From assembly GCA_963765765.1 (NCBI GenBank), contig CAVXYC010000028.1:128001-192000 (forward strand): a stretch of DNA of 64,000 nucleotides, given 5' to 3'. This DNA is from an uncultured Chloroflexia bacterium. GTDB lineage: Bacteria > Chloroflexota > UBA6077 > JACCZL01. The stretch's first letter is position 1. Each line of letters starts with the position of its first letter. The notes under the pieces were generated by a model. It saw only the letters and a program-made list of their open reading frames with translations. It was not told the DNA's origin and searched no databases. Both the position numbers and the translations under genes were made by a program. Positions 19,218-28,153 of the stretch are shown piece after piece.

Positions 19218-19847
19218 ATGTCCATGCTCACCTCGTATCGCCCTGCCCGGCTTCGGGCTAGACAACTCATTGCGGCGCTTGCGATCCTCGTGTCGCTTTG
19301 TCTCGCCTGTAAGCCAGAACCCGAGATCCCGAACTACTGGCCCGCTCCAAACTTTAGCTTGACTGACCAGAACGGCGCACCGTTCACTCGAGCTGATATC
19401 GCCGGGCGTGTTGCCCTAGTGAACTTTATCTACACGAACTGCGCAGACACCTGCCCGATTCTTACGTCAACCATGCGAGCGATTCAGGAGCGGCTCACCA
19501 GCGACAACTTGCTCCCAGCGAAAGTCTTGCTGCTCTCTATGACCGTGGACCCCGAACGTGATTCGCCGGCCGTGCTAAGGCAGTACGGCGAAAATGTAGG
19601 GGCACATCGCGAAGGATGGAAGTTCCTCACAGGCGAGCGTGCGGTCCTCGAAGAGACCCTGATCCAGGGATTCAAACTCCCGTTCCGAGGACCAACACCG
19701 GCCGGACCACTCAAGCCAGGCTTCGAGATCACTCACACCAACCGAGTGATTGCAATAGATCGCGATGGAAATGTGCGAGGTCTCCTCAACGGTGAGGAGA
19801 TGGACGTGGACCAGACAATCCGTCTGCTCAAGCGCCTGGTGGCGTAG
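19218..19847 (+). CDS. SCO-family copper chaperone lipoprotein
   Basis: LAC lipobox, FIYTNCADTCP (CxxxC), TVDPERD, WKFLTG, conserved His in ITH. Confidence 0.9.
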   Translation: MSMLTSYRPARLRARQLIAALAILVSLCLACKPEPEIPNYWPAPNFSLTDQNGAPFTRADIAGRVALVNFIYTNCADTCPILTSTMRAIQERLTSDNLLPAKVLLLSMTVDPERDSPAVLRQYGENVGAHREGWKFLTGERAVLEETLIQGFKLPFRGPTPAGPLKPGFEITHTNRVIAIDRDGNVRGLLNGEEMDVDQTIRLLKRLVA

Positions 19848-19970
19848 GCGGAGCGATCTCCACGATGTTCGACGACAATAGGTTGTAGCGCTCGTCGCCG
19901 GTGCCTGCCTTAACCCTGCGGACTCATCCGCTGAAGAGGCGCTCAGACATTCGAACAGGGCATAAACCTA

Positions 19971-20020
19971 GCGGCTGGTGCCAACTCCTTGAGGGGATGC
20001 TGCCAGCCGCCTACATTTTT
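19971..20020. terminator. Hairpin between convergent sco and TRAP genes
   Basis: GCGGCTGG...CCAGCCGC stem followed shortly by TTTTT. Confidence 0.45.
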
Positions 20021-20037
20021 CACTTCCGGAGTGTCCT

Positions 20038-22060
20038 CTACCGAACGCCCTGCACTCCCACCACCACCGTGGAGTCCGGGGCAATACCGGTAGGTCTTGC
20101 GACCAGAGTCGCCCAGCCCAGTCGACTCGCAAAGAGGAGAAGCACGTAGAGCGCTCCTATGACGCTCAGCGCCACAGCGCGGACGTTAAAGTCCGGAATG
20201 ATCAGGACAATGCTGCAAACGATGAGCACCACCTGGATGAGCCGTGCGGGGATTGTCTCACTGAGGGTTCCTACGCGCAGCATATAGCCTTGCATTGAGT
20301 AGGCAATGATGGTGATTCCAATGGTCACAATCACGAATTCCACCACGACCTGCATGAATGTGGACTCCTGTAAGACAAGCGCGGGGCTCAAAATCATGAA
20401 GAACGGCAGCAGATACTTGATGGAAGCTAATCGCATAGCCTCCGCCATCGTCCTCATCGACCGGGCTTCCGGCAACCCCAGCGGCAGCGACGACGGAGAT
20501 CGCCGTTGGCGGAGTCACGTCCGCGAGGTTCGCCCAGTAAAGCAGGAAAATGTGCACCGCCAGCGGATTCAGCCCCTGCCTGACGAGTGCCGGAGCAAGC
20601 ATGATTCCGAGGAAGATGTATGCGGCGGATCCTGGTAACCCCGTGCCGAGTACAAACGAGATCAGAGCGCCCATGATGAGCATGATCGCCAGATTGCCCT
20701 CGGAGAGGTGCACGAGATCACTTGTGATTGAGGCAGCGGTGCCAGTTACGAAGAGGGAGCCGACAAGCATGCCGACCGCGGCGAGCAGTGGCACAAGGCC
20801 GGCGAGTAGCCTGCCTGCCGCCGCGAAGAAGGCGCCAGCTTTCTGCCAGTTCCAGCGTGTCTGCTTACGGAATTGCGTGATGACAATGAGAATAGCGGCA
20901 GTGAACCAGGGGGCCTGCGCTTCACGCTTCATGCCGATCAAGAGGACCACAAGTAACGTGAGCGCAAAGATGTAGGGAATGCCGAAGCGTAGCGTAGGAC
21001 CGATGCTGGGCAATTCGCTCCGGTCAAGCCCCCTCATTCCTCGCTTCGCTGAATAGCTATCAATTTGAACGAACATGCTGTAGTAGAAAAGCACAGCAGG
21101 AATTGCAGCCCCTACCGCAACAGTTGAGTACGGTATCCCCAGGAAGATCGCCATCAGAAAGGCTGTCGCGCCCATCACCGGCGGAGTCATGGCCCCATGC
21201 GAGGCGGCGTTTGCTTCGACGGCCGCCGCCACTTCTGGTGTAAACCCCGTCCTCTTCATGGCCGGGATAGTGATCGTGCCAGTAGAAAGCACATTGCTCA
21301 CGCCGCTGCCGCTGAGCATGCCATAGAGTCCGCTGGCGCAGATCGCCACCTTAGCTGAACCGCCGCGAACGTGCCCCAGTAGACCCATACAGATATCAGT
21401 GAAGAAGGTGCCCGCGCCCGTCATGAAGAGCGCGAGGCCAAACACCGTGAAACCAATAAGCAGGCCACCCACAACCTGTGTTGTCTGCCCCATGATGGAC
21501 TGCGGACTGAATGCGTGATAGCGAATGGTGTTCTCAAAGGAGACGCCCAGACCTCGTATCGGTCCCGGCAGCACCCCTGCAACGAGCGGATACGCGGCAC
21601 ATGCGCCCACGATTAGCGCGAACGAGATCCCGTTTGTTCGCCGCACCGACTCCAGAATGAGCAATACGAGAATGCCCCCAGCAATCGTGGCCGGGGCGGG
21701 CGAACGGAACTCCCAGCCGTTCTGATTCATGAATGGCGCGTTGTAGCCAAAGTAGAAAGTGATGCCGAGCGTTAAGAGCGCCAACACCACGTCGTACCAC
21801 TGCACCCTATCCGCGTGCCTGGCGGTTGCGGGAAACATCAAGAATCCCATGGCCGTGAAGATGCCAACCAGCACGTAGAGGTAAGTGAACTCCCATACCA
21901 GGGCAGTCAACGGGATTGTCAACCCACCGATTGAGACCTCGACGGGCTGGAAGATGTTGTTGAGGGCGAGCAGTAGTCCGATCACGGTGCCGATGATGAC
22001 CATGACGTACCAAACGCCCGTGAGCGGTCGATGGAGCTCAGATTCTTCGTTGGCGATCAT
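20038..22060 (-). CDS. TAXI-type TRAP transporter fused permease, one frameshift near 20460
   Basis: RGGSAKVAI, SGSGVSNV..TG.ITIPAMKRTG, PPVMGATAFLMA, LGTGLP, DVTPP; continues in ORF 20038-20475. Confidence 0.85.
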
Positions 22061-22181
22061 GAGCGCGAAGCCTCGATCTGGATTGACTGCTGCGAGAAGC
22101 CGGCAACTCCGCGCATGTGACGCACGGTGTTGCCGGCGAATACTCGTTGACGCCGCCTTGGGGAGAAGACGGGATTGACCA

Positions 22182-23557
22182 TTACTTCAGTCGCAACCAG
22201 AAGGGGTCTTCCCAGTATGGGTCCAAACCCGCGCTCTTGAGTGCGTCCACCCGCACCTTCATCCAAAAGCGCTCCCATTCGTCACCCTGAAGATCCTTGC
22301 CCTCTGGATCCTGACTGGCCTTGTCCCAGGCAGCCTTTAGCACAGGCTCCCGCTTGAGCAGATCCTGCTGTCGCTTCTCGGCCGCCTCACTCCACCAGCC
22401 CTTCTCCTTGAGGTACTTGATGGCGCCGTCATGAACGGGAGAATAAATGGCATCGAAACGAATTCGGTCCGGCCCAAATCCTTCCACGCCTGGGTAGGTG
22501 CCATTGAACTCGGGGAACGCTTCGTAGATCGCCTTGCTCATCGCGTACACGTATTCCGTGTCCTTACTTGCAAGTGTTGCGATCGTGGCGAAGTGTGGAC
22601 CATTGCCAATGTGAGGGTTCTCTTCCGACACTGGTGGCGCGCCAATTGTGGCTTTGTTGACGTTGGCGGCCAGGGTTGACCTTCTTGAATCGCTCCCACA
22701 TACCAGGGTCTTCTTCAGGCGTCTTCATGTAGACAGGGGTGTAGCCGCGCGGCGAGTTGGCCATCTCATAGACGAAGCCAGTGTTGGTGGCTGTCCACAC
22801 ACAATCGGCCTTGTCTTCCATGATTGCGCGTCCCGGCCCCGCCATAGCTCGGGATGTCCACACGCCTGACGTCGTCCCATGTGAGGTTGCCCGCCGCGAG
22901 CGTGGCCTCCATGTTGAGATTGAATCCGAATGAATTGCTTACGTAGATCATGCGCTTGCCCTTGAGGTCTTGAGGCTCCTTGATCCCAAGATCGCCAGCG
23001 CAGCCCACGATCTGATTTGTCTTTGGCCAGTTCAGGGCCACGAGCCGAACAGGGACCGGCCCAGCCTCCTTGGCTGAGTAAAACGTGACTCCTTCGGTTG
23101 CGTAGATGCCGGGGTCGTTGCCGAAGTCCGCACGGCCGTCTCGATAGATCTGAAGGCGTCCCAGGTCCGTACCTGTGGGAATCAATCGGATGGTGTTCTT
23201 CTCCACACCGGAGACACCGTGGGCCACGGCCTGATGCTGGTTGTAGGTCGCTGAGCCGACATCCAGCGTGACCCAGTTTATGACGTCAGGAAGCTTGTAA
23301 TTCTTGGCTGCTGCCGGAGCGGCCGCACTAGCTCCGCCCGCCGGCGCGGCTGCCGTGGTCTTACTGGCGTCGTTGCCCGCGCCGGGCGCGACTTTAGGTG
23401 CGGCCGCTGTGGGAGCACCCGAGCTCGCGCCTGACTTCGCGCCGGGCGCTTCTTTCTCACCACACGCCGCGACAAGCAACATCGCCGCAGTTGCAATGGA
23501 GGCCAATATCGCTGGGAATCGTACCGATGGTTCGAGCCGTAAGAAACGCCGTGTCAC
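22182..23557 (-). CDS. TAXI-family TRAP solute-binding lipoprotein, two frameshifts
   Basis: VAAC lipobox, Ala/Pro-rich linker, DLKGKR, PVHDGAIKYLKEKGWW; ORFs 22766-23557, 22564-22863 and 22182-22631 join into one protein. Confidence 0.75.
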
Positions 23558-23741
23558 ACGATCCTCCCGCTTACGTTGCCAACCCGGGCCCTGCCCGTAT
23601 CTACATGGTCATGACTAGAAAGAGCTGACTGAGTTTCTCCTGGGTGCACTGGAATTAAGTGATGCTAGCCGCGTCAAAAAGGAGCGTCAACTAATTCCGA
23701 CCCCTGATCTAGGTGGCGCAACGGATCGGGTACCGGGCGCC

Positions 23742-23795
23742 GCGGCAGCATATAAGAAGGGCCTCCAATTGGAGGCCCCTCTTATGTGCTGCCGC
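23742..23795. terminator. 54-bp near-perfect palindrome downstream of the Rieske gene
   Basis: GCGGCAGCATATAAGAAGGGCCTCCAA / TTGGAGGCCCCTCTTATGTGCTGCCGC with two non-Watson-Crick positions. Confidence 0.65.
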
Positions 23796-23811
23796 AGTGT
23801 CTAGTGTTGGC

Positions 23812-25111
23812 TTATGCCGTGACTCCAACCGATTCGCGCTGATTGGCAAACGCTCGCGCTCGGATCTCGGTAAGCGCGTCATCCACAGTGGTCTCCGGCG
23901 GAAATGATAGTCGCGCACTCCGAATCCGGTATGCGCCCGGTTTCCACGGAGCTTCCGGTTCAACCCCGTCCATCAATGCCTTGGCCGCTTCAATGAGGCG
24001 GCGCCGAACTCGAATAATTCCCTCGTCGGAGCTTACGAGCTTTTCGAGTTGACGGTTCATCCGAGGGCCGCGCTGATCCTCGACCATCGCCAGGTCCTGG
24101 ATTGGGAAGGGCCCAATGCCCGGTGTAGGAGATGTTCTTCTGCGCGATGCGGTCCACGAGGTAATCGTTGGACTTATTGGCCTTGGGTGTCCAGGTACCG
24201 GGAATGATCTCAGGATAGGTGTAGCCACCGTACTTGATCTCGTAGAGCTCTGAGTCCGGCAACGGCTTATCGCTCCAACGTAGACGGAAGTGGATTTCGT
24301 TCTCGTCATCGATTGGGATGCGCATGTTGCTGGAGAACACTCCGGGCGAAGCAATGCCGGCCGTGCTGTACGTCGGCATCATGAAATGCGTGCAGCCGAT
24401 GAATTGATTGCCGTCCGCCAGAACCGCTCTGGAGTATGTGATCAGGCCATATTCCGTGTCTTCCACCCCAACGTACCGTGGCATCTTGTCAAAGAATGAA
24501 TCGCGCTGGAAGACCTGCGTTGCTTTGTTGGAGCGATTGCCATCCAAAGTGGAGTGGAGGAAAGAGGCGTGACTTGGATCGAAGTCACCTTCCACAGCCT
24601 GGAAGTAATTGCAGTTGACTACGAACTTGCTGACATACCGATGGGTCTCGGGTAGGTCCAACCACTCGTACTCGACGAATGGAGGTCGCTTGTCTCCCGG
24701 CCCCATGTATGCCCAGATGAGCCCTGCTTTGTCGACACACGGATACGCCTGGATGGTTACCCGATCACGGAACTCATCGCCTTCGGGCACATTTGGAAGC
24801 TCGACACACTGACCGGAAACGTCAAACTTCCAGCCATGATAGACGCAGCGGATTCCGCCATCCTCATTGCGACCAAAGAACATGGGCGCACCACGATGGG
24901 GACAATACGCTTCGATAAGGCCAGGAGCTCCGCTTGAATCCCGGAACGCGACCAGATCTTCGCCCAGGATTCGTACGCGTATGGGAGGACAATCCGGCGC
25001 AGGTATCTCGTGCGAGAGCAATACTGGTATCCAGAATCGGCGAAACAGCTCGCCCATGGGAGATCCAGGCCCAACGTGCGTCAGTATCTCGTTGTCTTCG
25101 TGGCTGAGCAT
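23812..25111 (-). CDS. Rieske aromatic ring oxygenase (phthalate 4,5-dioxygenase/LigX-like), one frameshift near 24120
   Basis: CPHRG...CVYHGWKFD Rieske motif; NYFQAVEG.FDPSHASFLH iron site; QD.AMVE, SD.GII..RR in ORF 23812-24354; GGAGG RBS. Confidence 0.88.
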
Positions 25112-25185
25112 CGAAGCATCCTCCAGGTGATGCTTCGATGCTAGCCGCGCGTCGTTGGGATATCAAGCATTGCAAATGTGGCCGT

Positions 25186-25608
25186 TCAGGCGAGATGGAG
25201 CATCAAAAAGATGATCCAGCCGGTGACCACCACGTAACCCCAGATCGGGGCCGCGATGCGCGCCAGTGGGCGGTGGCGGTCGAATCGTCCACGAAACGCG
25301 TAATACAGTACGACCAGCACAAATGGTCCCAGAATGGTAGCGAGGATCGTGTGGCTCACGAGGATGATTAAATAGATCACCCGAACCGCGCCCTCACCCG
25401 CGAAGATCTTCGGCTCAAAGAGAATGTAGCGGATGACATAGACTATGAGGAAGAGCGCCGCGAACACCGTTGCGGTAAGCATGCTGCGATGGTGCCGCTG
25501 TATCTCACGGCGCCTGATAAACATTAGGCCGCGAACCAGAAATACGCCGCTCAGAGCAATGAGAATTGCGTCAGCAAGCGGCATCCATTGAGCCATTAGC
25601 TCACGCAT
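25186..25608 (-). CDS. DUF420 (YozB-like) membrane protein
   Basis: Four TM helices; H..SML.A, LFLIVY, Y..IL.SH.ILA, HRPLAR...IW.YV.VTG. Confidence 0.8.
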   Translation of the reverse strand: MRELMAQWMPLADAILIALSGVFLVRGLMFIRRREIQRHHRSMLTATVFAALFLIVYVIRYILFEPKIFAGEGAVRVIYLIILVSHTILATILGPFVLVVLYYAFRGRFDRHRPLARIAAPIWGYVVVTGWIIFLMLHLA

Positions 25609-26605
25609 GCAGAGTAGTTCCTCAAACAGCTTGACTGCGACCACTGCGTTCGAACGCGGCGGGCACGGTCACATTCTATCCACCGAATCGCCGATTGCGA
25701 TTCATGTCGAGCACATCAACAAGGCATACGGCCAGCGCGTCGCCGTTGACGACATTTCGTTTGACGTGCGCTCGGGGAGCATATTCGCATTGCTGGGCCC
25801 GAATGGCGCGGGCAAGACCACGACCGTGGAGATCCTTGTGGGCTATCGCAAGCGGGATCGCGGCGAGGTGCGCATTCTGGGGCTGGATCCAGTTGATAAC
25901 TCAGCAGAGCTGCGCCATCGCGTGGGGGTGATGCCCCAACAGGGCGGCGTCTACCCACAGCTGCGGCCAATGGAAGCATTGCGTCTTTTCGCAAGCTTCT
26001 ACCGAAATCCCCGCGATCCAGTTGAGCTCATCCACGAGGTGGGACTGGATGACTCATTGAGCCAGCGCTATCGTTATCTCTCAGGGGGCCAGCAACAACG
26101 ACTCTCACTTGCACTCGCGCTTATAGGTCGTCCGGAGCTCGTCTTTCTCGATGAGCCAACCACGGGAATGGATCCACTGGCACGACGGGCCACCTGGGCA
26201 ACGATCCGGGGGCTCCGCGATGCAGGAGTGACCGTGGTCATCACCACGCACCTGATGGACGAGGCTGAGCAGCTCGCGGACGATGTACTGATCGTCAATC
26301 GCGGTCGCGTCGTCGTTCGCGGAACACCGGACTCGCTCATGGCCGCGACCGGCGGAGCAGTACTGCGCTTTCGCACCAACGCCAAGTTGGACCTGTCGCG
26401 TCTCGGTGCCCGCGTGGGTCAGACGGTTCGCGCTTCAGAGCGGAATGGGTACGTGATCGAGACAGAACCCACTCCTGCCCTCGTCGCGGTGCTCACCAGT
26501 GCGCTTGAAGAGCAGCATGCACTCATCTCAGAGCTTCGAGTCGGAAACCCCTCACTCGAAGAAGCCTTTCTGGAACTCACAAGGGTAGAGACAGCGGTCG
26601 AGTGA
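25607..26605 (+). CDS. ABC transporter ATP-binding protein (DrrA-like)
   Basis: GPNGAGKTT, LSGGQQQR, FLDEPT, TTH; true start probably downstream of 25607. Confidence 0.9.
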   Translation: MQSSSSNSLTATTAFERGGHGHILSTESPIAIHVEHINKAYGQRVAVDDISFDVRSGSIFALLGPNGAGKTTTVEILVGYRKRDRGEVRILGLDPVDNSAELRHRVGVMPQQGGVYPQLRPMEALRLFASFYRNPRDPVELIHEVGLDDSLSQRYRYLSGGQQQRLSLALALIGRPELVFLDEPTTGMDPLARRATWATIRGLRDAGVTVVITTHLMDEAEQLADDVLIVNRGRVVVRGTPDSLMAATGGAVLRFRTNAKLDLSRLGARVGQTVRASERNGYVIETEPTPALVAVLTSALEEQHALISELRVGNPSLEEAFLELTRVETAVE

Positions 26606-27342
26606 CAGCGCGATCGACCCTATTTCAGGCAGTGCGCGCGCAGACGAGCATGGAGTTACGCCTCGCGCTACGGCGGGGCGAGAGTGTCCTCTTGACGCTC
26701 ATTGTGCCACCGGTACTTCTCGCGTTTCTGGGCAGCGCAGGCACGCTCGGCGGCATCACCGAACGATCGTTGGACGCCCTGGTGCCGGGAATAACAACGC
26801 TCGCTGTCATCTCCAGCGCCATGGTAAGTCTTGGCATTGCCACGGCATTCGAACGCTACTACGGCGTTCTTAAACGACTCGGAAGCACACCGCTGCCTCG
26901 ATCAGGGCTCATTGCGGCCAAGATCACCGCCGTACTGATTCTTGAAGGACTGCAAATCAGCATTATCGCGGCGATCGCGGCGTTCTTCTTGCACTGGTAT
27001 CCGCCTTACTCGTGGTGGGCAGCTATTCCGGCGGTCGTACTTGGCACGTGCTGCTTCGCCTCTCTTGGATTGCTAATGGCAGGGACGCTGCGAGCGGAAA
27101 CGACCTTGGCGCTGGCCAATGGCCTGTATCTCTTGTTTCTATTAGCCGGAGGGCTGGTAGTGCCACTGGACGCACTTCCGGGATGGCTCCAACCGTTGGC
27201 CCCCTGGCTTCCCGCGTTTGCGATGGACGATCTGCTCGCCGATGCGCTGATCCATGGAACGATCAGCGACTCATTGCTTCCGCTGTTTGCCTGGTCCGCC
27301 GCTGCACTTGCCGCAACTGTGCGTTACTTTCGCTGGGACTGA
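26602..27342 (+). CDS. ABC-2 permease
   Basis: RRGES.LLT, IATAFERYYGVLKRLG.TPL, six TM helices. Confidence 0.85.
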   Translation: MTARSTLFQAVRAQTSMELRLALRRGESVLLTLIVPPVLLAFLGSAGTLGGITERSLDALVPGITTLAVISSAMVSLGIATAFERYYGVLKRLGSTPLPRSGLIAAKITAVLILEGLQISIIAAIAAFFLHWYPPYSWWAAIPAVVLGTCCFASLGLLMAGTLRAETTLALANGLYLLFLLAGGLVVPLDALPGWLQPLAPWLPAFAMDDLLADALIHGTISDSLLPLFAWSAAALAATVRYFRWD

Positions 27343-27457
27343 AGCCATTTATTCATACGGACCGATACCATTCATCTCATTGCTGGAGCCACTGGCCGGT
27401 CCCGATAATAGCCCGGGCTCCAGATCGAATCTATCGAGCTCTTAGGCTCATTACAAA

Positions 27458-28153
27458 ATGAATCTTGTCCGCAATTCGAAACTCATCCAGAACCGCGTTC
27501 GCATTGCCAGCGCGGCTCACTTCGCGGCGCTGCTCTGCTTCGCCGGTGGTCTCTTTATCTCGCGTGATGAGGAGTACCTCTGGGTTGTCTACGCAACGAT
27601 GCTCATTGGTCTCAGCCTGTATGCGGTTGGACAGCATCTCCTTCGCAGATGGGGTCCGCGCTACCGATTCGATGGTCTGCTCGTTCAGGCGCTGAAGGGT
27701 CTGGATAAACGTTACACACTTGGCGCATTCCTTCATCCGAACCTGCCTGATTACGTCGTGATTGGACCACAGGGTATCGTGCCTCTCATCGCCCGTCCAC
27801 AGACTGGTTTGATCACGTGTCGCTCAGACCAATGGTCAAGGGAGCCTGGGCGCTGGGGTTTCATAGGAAGTTTTTTTACGCCCGCGCTCAAGAATCCTAC
27901 CCTTGATGCCCGACGAGCAGCGGCACAAGTTCAGGCCTTCATGACCAAGCAGTTTGGAACCGAGGTCATGCAGGACGTACCAATTCTGCCTTCGATCGTC
28001 TTCGTCAATCCGAGGGCGCGCCTTCGAATCGATGGAAGCAGCGTCCCGGTTACATCGGCAAAGGAGCTCCGCACGCACCTGCGCAAGGGAAAGCCCGCGC
28101 TTTCTTCGCAGCAGACTCAAGCTATCGCGGACCTGTGGCAGTCGCTCGTATAG
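27458..28153 (+). CDS. Membrane-anchored NERD-like (nuclease-related) protein
   Basis: Two N-terminal TM helices, then ALKGLD.RY...DYVVIGPQGI, NP, IVFVNP. Confidence 0.55.
   Translation: MNLVRNSKLIQNRVRIASAAHFAALLCFAGGLFISRDEEYLWVVYATMLIGLSLYAVGQHLLRRWGPRYRFDGLLVQALKGLDKRYTLGAFLHPNLPDYVVIGPQGIVPLIARPQTGLITCRSDQWSREPGRWGFIGSFFTPALKNPTLDARRAAAQVQAFMTKQFGTEVMQDVPILPSIVFVNPRARLRIDGSSVPVTSAKELRTHLRKGKPALSSQQTQAIADLWQSLV

Noticed and set aside
19914-19960. Hammerhead ribozyme (CTGAAGAG...CGAA core)
   Set aside because: Stem II does not pair, GAAA reads GAAC, and there is no NUH cleavage triplet.
27490-27500. LexA-like GAAC-CGC-GTTC (similar site near 2620)
   Set aside because: Spacer is 3 nt rather than 4, and both sites lie inside coding sequence.
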